Shown: piece after piece, positions 1-9,000 of the stretch
Numbering within the stretch: position 1 is the stretch's first letter
Layout: every line of letters begins with the position of its first letter
NCBI GenBank assembly: GCA_048939465.1
Contig: JBHLPL010000001.1
Location: 64,684 to 96,683 of the forward strand
DNA from: Promethearchaeota archaeon
Lineage (GTDB): Archaea > Asgardarchaeota > Odinarchaeia > Odinarchaeales > JBHLKK01
Length of the DNA: 32,000 nt
Reading direction: 5' to 3'
Program-made: the position numbers and the translations under genes
The notes under the pieces: model-generated
Databases searched by the model: none
What the model was told of the DNA's origin: nothing
Seen by the model: the letters and a program-made list of their open reading frames with translations, nothing else

Positions 1-546
1 AAGAACCCTCCTGAGATTGTTGGCTTCCAACAGCTTGTTGATTAGCTCCTTTGCTTCATCCAGATTAATGTCTGATATGACAAATGATTTTACGATTTCC
101 AAAAGCTGACCTCTGACCTCTAAGCTTTTCCCGTAACCTGTTCCGTCCAGGGCAAGTAGAGTATAGGCAGTCTCAAGTATTTCTTTATCAAACCATTGCA
201 CGACCAGGTATTCATTTGTAACCCTTCTCAAATCTGTGGCGGTCTTAACGTCTTTGAGTATATGTGCTAGCCGTTCAATAAACGTTTCAAAAATCGCAAC
301 TATGTATTCTTGGACATTTGCGTCTATTCCGTATCTCTTCAACTCTTTTTTTATAATCTTTCTAAAGCCGGACTCGGTTATCTCTCCCTTCAAGTATTTA
401 ATGAACGGAGCAAAAAGATCTTTTTTGAGATTGTCCAAAGAGGGCGGCTTGAGTTCCCTGACTAGCCTCTCAGTCATTCCCCACACTATGAAATAGTAGA
501 AGTCTCCCATTGCCTTATAGTATTCGCTAGCGAATTCCTCACCCAA
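1..546 (-). CDS. Hypothetical alpha-helical protein, 3'-truncated by the window edge (not in ORF track)
   Basis: Translated by hand: TTG at 546 after SD GAGGTGA, then 182 stop-free codons to base 1 (MGEEFASEYYKAMGDFYYFIVWGMTERLVRELK...KLLEANNLRRVL). It starts 7 bp after the ATPase stop, so it is probably in the same operon. Confidence 0.8.
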   Translation of the reverse strand, partial: MGEEFASEYYKAMGDFYYFIVWGMTERLVRELKPPSLDNLKKDLFAPFIKYLKGEITESGFRKIIKKELKRYGIDANVQEYIVAIFETFIERLAHILKDVKTATDLRRVTNEYLVVQWFDKEILETAYTLLALDGTGYGKSLEVRGQLLEIVKSFVISDINLDEAKELINKLLEANNLRRVL

Positions 547-553
547 TTGCTGC

Positions 554-3160
554 TCACCTCTCATCAATGAGGTTTATCAGAGTATTCAAGAGTTCGCAGA
601 ACTTCCTGGCGTCTTCTTCGCTAGATGATACACCGACAAGAGATGCGATAGCGATTCTGTTGTTCTTTGCCGAAGTAATGGCAATTCTCAAGTTTCCCTT
701 TCCAGCCAAAATTACAGGTATCTCCTCATCTGATGGCACACTATCGATTGTCCAATTCTTGGATTTCAGTAAATCATGGATCTCCTGCAGGACTACTTGA
801 GGTTCCTTGGATACTTTCTTGTGACAAGTCTTGGAATATACCTTGATATCACTTGGGAACAAATGTTCGTGATATCTATACCTCATAAGTCTATTTAGAA
901 ATCTTTTTAACATGTCATCTGGAACATCAAGGGTCTTCGGTGCTGGTATTTCATAAGATCCGGCCGCTGCCACTTTTTCTGAGTCTTCGGGGTTGGCCCC
1001 TTCTTCAATGACTTCTTCGTCAGGTATTGCATATTCAATAAGCTTTGGAGATGCTTCTCTTCCGGCATGCTGACTTGTTCTGGGTCGAATTCTCAAAACA
1101 AATCCCCGGTTCGTAGTTAGTCTGGTTGACTGATCCATTATTATGGGGGTTCCAACTGGAAGGCTTCTTATGAAACTCGACTTTGAAATTTCTTTGGGAA
1201 TCTCTGCCGGGGATCTTTTCATGAGTGCCTTAATATCATCTGCATAAGTCAAGTTGTGAGCAATCAGAATATCTACTTGAGAGAGGATACGGGCGTCAGT
1301 TGCTGCTGGTTGTTGGGTACACAACAACAGCCCACATCCCGGTTTTCTGCCTTCTTTAGCGTAATCAATGAGGGGCTCAGAAGCAATTGTCTCTCCATCT
1401 GAAGGGACTACTTGCTGGGCTTCGTCTATTAGAAGCCAGGTTACTGGTATCTTTTCTTCTATATCCCCATATCCGAGATGTTTTGCCTCAATCGTTCTGG
1501 AGATCTTCTTTCGCTCTCTTAGGATCTTCCGTGCAAGAATCCCAACTACCAACTCCCGGATACTGTCCCCCAGAAAGCTTACATCTACTATAGTAATCTG
1601 ATTTGGAACAACTATTTCGTTGAATGCTGTCCCTTTCTTAGAGAATATCCCCCATTGTTTGGCGGATTCCAGTCTAGAAATAACGGCTCTTCGAGTATCA
1701 AGTCTGAATCCTCCTTCCTTGGAAAGGATTTCCGTATCATCTTGAACGCACTTTATCATATCGTCAATAGTGTAATCTTCTCCTTTACCATCAATACGCA
1801 TTCGGTTTCCATAGGCATCCACCACGGAATAGCCGTCTCTAACCTTATTGACTACTCTTCCGGTCAGAAAACCTCTTGGACTGGACTGCTCCAGTTTAAA
1901 GAGATAACACCAATCATCTGCAGTAAGCTCACCAGGCTTTATCGAGAATGCATCATCTCTTGTTTGTTCTGGAATCTGATGGAATAATCCTACAGGAACT
2001 AGGACCTGAACGTTTGAATATCCCTCTGGGTCTAGTTTCCATTCCCCAAGATTCTCTAGCTCGTCCTTCTCCCAGTTCGGATATTTCATGCTCCAAAATA
2101 TGCCCATCGGATCAACTATCACAACAGCTATCCCGAGACCACATCTAGCTAGTTCTTCAGCAATGACTCCGAGTGTGTATGATTTTCCGGATCCCCGATG
2201 GCCGCATATGAAAATAACGTGGGGTTTCACTGCGTCTACCAGTACCTTACGGCCGAAATACCCTTTACCGCCAGCAGGTTTTTCGCAGATCCTCCCAATA
2301 TACAAAGTCCCACGACATCCAAATTTCTCTTGAAATTGCTTGGTCCTCCCAACAATAACTGACTCTCCGAGACAGTCATCAAGGAGTCTCAGCTCCTCCT
2401 TCATTGCGGGGCTGTATTCAACAGGAAACGATTCCTCCTTGAGGACTCTCATCTCCCCCCTTACGTGGTTGATGAGCATCTGCAGTTCTTCTATACTTCT
2501 CGGAGGTATGGTCAGCATGCTTTCTATATATTTCCGAAGCTTATCCTTCTTTGGATAGTGCCCAGAGGAATATCCTGAGAGTTCCCACAGCATAAGCTCG
2601 ATAGTCTCTTCTTTCGTCAGCCCCTCAAAAGGCACTGCGTCAACTGAAGCGGTGTCCAGAAATTTTGAATCACCCAACGCGAGGTACAAAAGGAGGGACG
2701 CATTTATCCTATCGTTTCCGTCGAATTCCTTCAGCATACTGATAGCATTCTCTAGGTATCTCGGTTCTTTTTTCACGTTATATGCCTGAAGAAGTATGCG
2801 AAATCGATGTACGTCTATCTTGTTGTTAGATAGTGCGTAATCATATACCTTCTTCTCAGCCTCGTCAATATTTATTTCTAAGGCTCCCGAGGCTCCTTTC
2901 AATGCTTGAATGGTTTCCCAGGTATTCTTCAAAGGATCATCCTGAAATGCCCATTCCCCGGATGGTAATTGTGAGGAGAGAATGTCTTCGACAATGATTG
3001 ATGCTATTTCCAGAAAGACAAGGTCTTTTGTCATCTGATAGACTCGTACGCATGCATCGACGAGGAACGGTCTATCAACAGCTCTTGCGGATTCGGCACT
3101 GAAACTTGTTATGTAGTCTAGGATATGTGGTAATATTTCACATAGAGGTCTTCCATGCAA
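554..3160 (-). CDS. Multidomain HerA/FtsK-superfamily (DUF87-type) P-loop ATPase with N-terminal helical-repeat domain and small C-terminal alpha/beta domain
   Basis: Walker A GHRGSGKS in HVIFICGHRGSGKSYTLG, IVDPMG strand, Walker B LLIDEAQ, KEGRKPG and TQQP motifs typical of HerA-like ATPases. TTG start after GGGGGA SD. Confidence 0.85.
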   Translation of the reverse strand: MHGRPLCEILPHILDYITSFSAESARAVDRPFLVDACVRVYQMTKDLVFLEIASIIVEDILSSQLPSGEWAFQDDPLKNTWETIQALKGASGALEINIDEAEKKVYDYALSNNKIDVHRFRILLQAYNVKKEPRYLENAISMLKEFDGNDRINASLLLYLALGDSKFLDTASVDAVPFEGLTKEETIELMLWELSGYSSGHYPKKDKLRKYIESMLTIPPRSIEELQMLINHVRGEMRVLKEESFPVEYSPAMKEELRLLDDCLGESVIVGRTKQFQEKFGCRGTLYIGRICEKPAGGKGYFGRKVLVDAVKPHVIFICGHRGSGKSYTLGVIAEELARCGLGIAVVIVDPMGIFWSMKYPNWEKDELENLGEWKLDPEGYSNVQVLVPVGLFHQIPEQTRDDAFSIKPGELTADDWCYLFKLEQSSPRGFLTGRVVNKVRDGYSVVDAYGNRMRIDGKGEDYTIDDMIKCVQDDTEILSKEGGFRLDTRRAVISRLESAKQWGIFSKKGTAFNEIVVPNQITIVDVSFLGDSIRELVVGILARKILRERKKISRTIEAKHLGYGDIEEKIPVTWLLIDEAQQVVPSDGETIASEPLIDYAKEGRKPGCGLLLCTQQPAATDARILSQVDILIAHNLTYADDIKALMKRSPAEIPKEISKSSFIRSLPVGTPIIMDQSTRLTTNRGFVLRIRPRTSQHAGREASPKLIEYAIPDEEVIEEGANPEDSEKVAAAGSYEIPAPKTLDVPDDMLKRFLNRLMRYRYHEHLFPSDIKVYSKTCHKKVSKEPQVVLQEIHDLLKSKNWTIDSVPSDEEIPVILAGKGNLRIAITSAKNNRIAIASLVGVSSSEEDARKFCELLNTLINLIDER

Positions 3161-3202
3161 ATGGTTTCCCCCATTGGCAGATTCAGATGTTTTCAGAAGG
3201 AA

Positions 3203-3817
3203 TCATGACCTGCTTTCCTTTAGTTTCTTAATTTCTTTTTCCAGCTCTGAGACCTTCTTCTCCGGTGCTGGAAGAGCAATACCTGTTTCAACAGTTATCT
3301 CCTGATCGATTTCGGTCAACGTTTTTTCAATTTCCTTATCACTAATCTCTTGCGAAACCGTGATTTCGAGTCCTGATTCAGCGATCTCTTTCGACACCTC
3401 AAATTGCTGTAGCTGACCTTCAACTTCTTTAATCAATTTGGCTATCTTTGGTACCTTCACAGCGTTCTTAAGTCCCCCAAGGACGTTACGGAGACTACCT
3501 AATATTTTGGACAAATCAGTAACAGATTCGCTTTGTCTGAGTTTTACAATTAGTCCCTCTATGGTCAATCTGTAGTTGTCAATGCCAACTGCCCACTTCT
3601 GAAATTGCAGGTAATGCTTTGCGTACGTCTTTGCAGCCTCATTATTGCCCTTGATACGTTGAGTTCGAGCTTTAGTACGGCTCTTGTCGCCTTCTCTTTC
3701 CAGTTGCATCCTTTGTCTATCGAGTTTCCGTGTGAGCAAATCCAACTGAAAAATGGCCTTCTCAAGCCTTTTTCTCTTAGACCCCCCTAACCAGTCAAAC
3801 AAACGGCCTAACGACAA
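3203..3817 (-). CDS. ESCRT-III subunit, Vps2/Vps24/Vps46 (CHMP1-3) class
   Basis: N-terminal amphipathic helix (LGRLFDWLGG), basic helical hairpin (LDRQRMQLERE...GNNEAAKTYAK), acidic C-half and terminal MIM1-like LEKEIKKLK. Divergent from vps4. TTG start after GAGGTG. Confidence 0.85.
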   Translation of the reverse strand: MSLGRLFDWLGGSKRKRLEKAIFQLDLLTRKLDRQRMQLEREGDKSRTKARTQRIKGNNEAAKTYAKHYLQFQKWAVGIDNYRLTIEGLIVKLRQSESVTDLSKILGSLRNVLGGLKNAVKVPKIAKLIKEVEGQLQQFEVSKEIAESGLEITVSQEISDKEIEKTLTEIDQEITVETGIALPAPEKKVSELEKEIKKLKESRS

Positions 3818-3858
3818 CTATTACACCTCATTAGTCACTGAAAGGTTGTACAACACAC

Positions 3859-3876
3859 ACAATTAAAGCTTACGAA
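3859..3876 (-). promoter_or_regulatory. Putative BRE-TATA for the ESCRT-III/ATPase operon
   Basis: Minus strand CGTAAG-CTTTAATT about 45 bp upstream of the ESCRT-III start, inside the divergent gap. Confidence 0.4.
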
Positions 3877-3978
3877 ATTACATCAAATACGGCTTTTCAT
3901 CACCTAAGTTTTTTAGGTTTGTTCTTCTAATAGTTAACTAGCCTATCGCAATGTCTACAGAATCCTATTTTCCTGAGG

Positions 3979-5142
3979 TTGGGATTGATGTCTGATAAGC
4001 TGTTCAAATACGCCACCCAGATGGCGAAGGAAGCTGTGAAACTTGACAAGCAAGGCAAACAGAAGCTGGCTGTACAGAAATATATTCATGCGGCCGATAT
4101 CTTGATGAGGTTTCTGAAATTAACCGAGAATCCCGCACTGAGAAAAGTATGTTATGAAAAGGCGGAGCAGTATGTGCAAAGAGCTAAAGAACTACAAGGT
4201 GTAACACCAGGTCTGCCGGCAGTATCAGAAAAAGCAGCGGGGAAAGCGCTGACCAAGGAAGATCAAGCCCTCCAAGAAGCAATCTCGGATACCATAATCA
4301 CTGAGAAACCAAGTGTTGAATGGGAAGACGTAGCAAATCTAGAGACGGCAAAACAAGCCTTGAGAGAGGCTGTTATCTTACCGATGCTCAGACCAGATAT
4401 TTTTACTGGTGCAAGGGAACCTTGGCGTGGATTATTGTTGATCGGACCACCCGGATGTGGAAAAACACTGCTCGCAAAAGCTGTGGCGAACGAATGCAAC
4501 GCAACATTCTTCAGCGCTGACGCAGCCTCTTTGGTTTCAAAGTGGCTGGGAGAATCGGAAAAACTTGTAAGCACATTATTTACCGTTGCACGAAGTAGCT
4601 CCCCTTCCGTTGTGTTCATCGACGAAGTGGATGCTTTGGCAACAGTTAGATCGGGTGATGAGGTTGGAGGTGAGCGGAGAATGAAGACGCAGCTATTAAT
4701 AGAAATGGATGGGGTTCGAAAACGAAAGGGAGAGCAAGTAGTAGTTCTTGGCGCCACGAACAGGCCATGGGATCTTGACCCGGGTTTTCGTAGAAGGTTC
4801 GAAAAAAGAATTTATGTGCCCCTTCCTGATAAGGAAGGCCGTCGCGAGATATTTAAGATTCACGTCAGAGGAATTGAAATAGCTTCAGATGTTGATTTTG
4901 ATGAACTAGCGACTCTTACTGAGGGATACTCCGGCTCAGATATTGCGCTGATATGTAGGGATGCTGCCATGATGCCAATACGTGAACTGGATACCGCAGG
5001 CACGTTGACTAGGAAAGATATCAAAGTTCGATCGGTAGATCGTGAGGATTTTCTGAAGTCCATGAAAAAGGTTAGGCCAACTGTTTCACCAGACGAACTG
5101 GAGAAATACGAGGAATGGACCAAAGAATTCGCATCAGAATGA
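3979..5142 (+). CDS. vps4: Vps4 AAA+ ATPase with N-terminal MIT domain
   Basis: Three-helix MIT (AKEAVKLDKQG...YVQRAKEL), WEDVA, GPPGCGKT, FIDEVD, GATNRPWDLD..RRFEKRIYVPLP, C-terminal helix PTVSPDELEKYEEW. The real start may be ATG 3988. Confidence 0.95.
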   Translation: MGLMSDKLFKYATQMAKEAVKLDKQGKQKLAVQKYIHAADILMRFLKLTENPALRKVCYEKAEQYVQRAKELQGVTPGLPAVSEKAAGKALTKEDQALQEAISDTIITEKPSVEWEDVANLETAKQALREAVILPMLRPDIFTGAREPWRGLLLIGPPGCGKTLLAKAVANECNATFFSADAASLVSKWLGESEKLVSTLFTVARSSSPSVVFIDEVDALATVRSGDEVGGERRMKTQLLIEMDGVRKRKGEQVVVLGATNRPWDLDPGFRRRFEKRIYVPLPDKEGRREIFKIHVRGIEIASDVDFDELATLTEGYSGSDIALICRDAAMMPIRELDTAGTLTRKDIKVRSVDREDFLKSMKKVRPTVSPDELEKYEEWTKEFASE

Positions 5143-5156
5143 ACTGGTGATATATA

Positions 5157-5903
5157 TTGTCGGTAAGGGAAAAGCCACGTAAAAAAGCTGGGAAGTCTCA
5201 AAAGGAAGAAACTGACAAGAAGGAGCGAATCAAAGAAGAGCTTGAGGAACTCAAGGAAGAAGTTGAAACAATGGTGGAGGCAGAAGAAGCTGAGACAATA
5301 GAAGAGGTTGAGAAAATCCAAGAGCCTAGCGCTAGGCAACTTCCGAAGGCGGTTGCTGAGGAAATCTCCTCTGAATTGGAGAAGATCTGTAACTTATATG
5401 AATGGGTTGCAAATCCTGAACAAGTCAGATGGATGTATTGGATGCCCTCCAATAAAGAGCATATTGATTCATGGAGAGACGAATGGGCTGATTTCTTGTT
5501 TCAATGGGCCCGAGCAAAAATCCTTCATATAGTAACACTGGTCTTGCTTATGGGTGAACACCCATTTGATAAGTTATCTCCAAAGGTGGATTCGCTGAGA
5601 GTTATTATGAAAACCCTAGCTGAGAAGGATCTTGCTGAATTCTTGGATAATAAAGAAACCAGATTGCGAATATACTGGAGGACTCTTAATGAGTGGGCAG
5701 AAATAATCTATAACTGGGCACTCAATACCGGAAGAATGGATATAAGTGTTTTTGATGTTATTAATGACAGAGGGGAAAAGTGGGGCTTTCACACGCTGCC
5801 AGCGAAAGAAATTAGACTCATCTTCAGGATTATGGTAGAGCGTGGGTTGGCCCGTTGGATGGACGAGAAGAGAGGCCATATTGAGATAAGAGTAGACTTT
5901 TGA
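5157..5903 (+). CDS. vps25: ESCRT-II Vps25 (EAP20)-like tandem winged-helix protein with charged N-terminal extension
   Basis: Vps25-type Trp pattern (SWRDEWADFL; LAEFLDNKETRLRIYWRTLNEWAEIIYNW; FHTLP..I...MVERGLARW). 14 bp after vps4; TTG start after GGTGA. Confidence 0.85.
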   Translation: MSVREKPRKKAGKSQKEETDKKERIKEELEELKEEVETMVEAEEAETIEEVEKIQEPSARQLPKAVAEEISSELEKICNLYEWVANPEQVRWMYWMPSNKEHIDSWRDEWADFLFQWARAKILHIVTLVLLMGEHPFDKLSPKVDSLRVIMKTLAEKDLAEFLDNKETRLRIYWRTLNEWAEIIYNWALNTGRMDISVFDVINDRGEKWGFHTLPAKEIRLIFRIMVERGLARWMDEKRGHIEIRVDF

Positions 5904-5945
5904 CCTGTCTTTCGCGGTTATGCACCATCTAAGCGGATTATCTTG

Positions 5946-5960
5946 CGAAAATCTTAAATC
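5946..5960 (+). promoter_or_regulatory. Putative BRE-TATA for the surface protein gene
   Basis: CGAAAAT-CTTAAAT about 65 bp upstream of the ORF. Confidence 0.4.
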
Positions 5961-6023
5961 TTTTTATGTGAATATTATAACAGATCACGCGTAACTCCGA
6001 TTCATGGATTAGATTAAGATGAA

Positions 6024-9000
6024 GTGGTCGTCATGCAAGCCAAAAGAAAAAATCTGCTAATATCTCTGGTCTTCACACTATTTCTGATCTCAACGCTCTC
6101 ATCAATTACAGTTCCACCCGTCACAGCTTCTCCAGATACTGCTGACTGGTGGAATTATAACTGGAATCAGAGGGTTCCAGTGATGATAAACACAACAGGT
6201 CACAACACATCCGACATACCGATAAAGATCGAAGGAATTAATTTCACTCAGCTTCTACTGGATCTGGGTGTCGGCTCTCCCCACGATAATAACTCGGTAA
6301 GAGTCGTGGAGTGGAACGTAGCATCGGAACTGAACACTGAATTACCGAGCTTATTTGCTCCTGCAGGCACGTATGACAGCTCCAGCAATGCTGTAGGTGA
6401 TGTTTACTGGACAATGAATGGAACAACACTTGAAAACACAAACAGAACCTTCTATGTATACTTCGATACTACTGATGCTCCTGGTGGTCCCAAGAGCCCA
6501 CCAAGCTACAGTGTGGATCCTCGTCTACCTGAAGGAATAGCCTATGTAAGAAACGCTAAGGACGATATATCTTATGAATCGGCCCAACAACTTGCTGCGG
6601 AATATGGGCTCGCCCAAGCTGCACTGTTCAATGAAAGCGTGAAATCAGGAAGTCATTACAGGAGCGGATCGGGTTGGCAAAACAACAGTATAGATCTCGT
6701 ACCTGATGACTACTCAATGATAATACTTGGGTCAGACTCCCTAGACGGTGGCGAAATACCTGGAAAACTCGATATAGACTCCCAATTCAGATCAAACTTG
6801 GAAGCTTTCATTGCTGGCGGCGGGATACTTGTTATTCAACAGATAACGTCAAGCGATCCTGCCCAGCCACTGACTGGAATTCAGTTCACAAGCTCTCACG
6901 GAGAAAGCTATAAGAAACCACTGCAACAGCACGAAATCACAACTAATCCAAACAATATTCGAACTGAAAATCTCAATTCGCTTTCAGATGGATTTGATAA
7001 AATTACGGACTCTACTCGCTACTCTTCGATAGCCAACGTGACAGATAACGGCGGAGGTCCAACAGGCCATCGAATCAGAATCATTCAGAGAGGAGCAGGC
7101 TATGTTATTGTAGAGGTACTGGGATGGACCTCAACTGGCGATATAGATAAGTGGAAACAGATCTTTGAAAACTATCTGAATTATCATATCAACCACACAA
7201 AGGATAGTCTGGCCATAACCGTTGGCAGCCAAGCAGAATATAGTCTGATTAACGATGTTACCGTAGTTGTAACAAATCATGAAGGATTATTCGTTCCTGA
7301 CGCAAATGTTACTATGGTCAACACGACAGCCCAGGCAAACAATCTTAGTGGCTACAACCAATGGGCATTAACAGATAGCAACGGCCAAGTTTTCTTCCCG
7401 GATGTACCAGATAACAACTATAATGTTACGGCAACTTACGTAACTAACATGGGAGATAGCACCGGAATTCTGAACGATACATTTTCAAACTTCAACATCA
7501 ATTATACTCAAACCCTCAATCTTAAAGTAAACATTACAAGGCTATTAGTGAACATCACTGATGTAGATAATATGACCCAGTATGATCTGATACCTAACTG
7601 GGCAGAACATTATATCGTTGGCCTTTTCAACCAGTCCGATGGGAGTCCGATGGCCAACACAACGACAACAACCTTGTACGAGTCTGGTGGTATTAACTGG
7701 CTTGTAGGAGAACTCTGGTGGCATAATTCATCGGACAATCATGTGATCAAAGTATTGTATGAGCATCCTGATTATTCGAATACACTGACTCTTAACGAGA
7801 CTAGTAACATACAACTTGATGTTTCGACTTCCTTCAACGTCAACGTCAGTATGACAAGGCTGACTGTTTTTGCCCGTGGGTATCCGACCATCGATCCGCT
7901 TGTTAATGTGGTTCTTGAGTTGAGCAACGATACGCAAGCAATAGCTAATGTCACAGCAGACGATTCAGGAGCGGTAGTCTTCTACTGGAGGACTCAACCC
8001 TCGCAGAATTACTCTATACGCGCATTCTACTTCGATACACTGGTCTCATTCATCAAATTCCATGAAAGCTGGTCTGATTGGAATGAAAGCGTTAGCCTAC
8101 CACTTCCAAATGCTACCGAAAAGCTGATTGATATTCAGCTGGGTGCGGAGTATGAGACGGATCTTGTACTAACTGCTTTTACCCCCGACGTCACGTATGG
8201 GGATAACGTAACGGTCACCGTGTATTTCAATGTCACAAGTCCTTCGCCAAGACCCGTAACTGGAGCAACCGCCAGATGCTACCTCAGAGTGGGAACAACA
8301 GATATCTTTATGGAAACAATGACTGAGGCAGGTTCCGGATATTATACACTGACATTCAACACGACTCACTACGGTGGCATAATAGGCGATGAAAACATAG
8401 AATATCGTATCTTAGTAATTGTTGAAAAATCAGGGTATACCTCTCCTACGCCGATATTCACCGACCTGACAATCAGGGGGCTCGCAACAACTTTGGATTG
8501 TTCAATCTCACCAGAAACCATTTACTGGGGCGACCTCATAACAGTAGACGTTACGTACGAGGATTTGGAGGACGCAACAGTCTCATACATAATTGGAAGT
8601 TGGGATTCTGGCGTATTCAGTGATCTTGGAAATGGAAACTACCGCACCTCGATAGACACCTCTAAATCGTCCTTCTGGGGAGACTACATATTAAAAATAA
8701 CTGCCGAAAAGCCGAATTATGAAATGAAGTACGCAGAAATAGCTCTTAGAATCAATCAGATACAGACTCTGATAAACGGATCTCGTATACTTGTCACATC
8801 ACCCATCAGCGTGTATGCAATGGAAGACAGTTTAATACACTTCAACTACACAACAGCTGGCAATATCGGCATCAACTCGACAGTCCATCAGTACTACTGG
8901 GAGAGCATATCAAGCGGTAGTGGCTACGGAGACTTGTCTTATCTTGGGAACGGTATGTATGGGCTGGATTTTGATACTTCGAACAGATTTGTTGATGAAT

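Noticed and set aside
3161-3205. The ESCRT-III TGA stop is in frame with the ATPase via 14 sense codons, suggesting readthrough or selenocysteine fusion
   Set aside because: Such an arrangement arises by chance roughly 1 time in 6. The ATPase has its own SD and TTG, a MIM-like tail needs a free C-terminus, and I recognised no SECIS.
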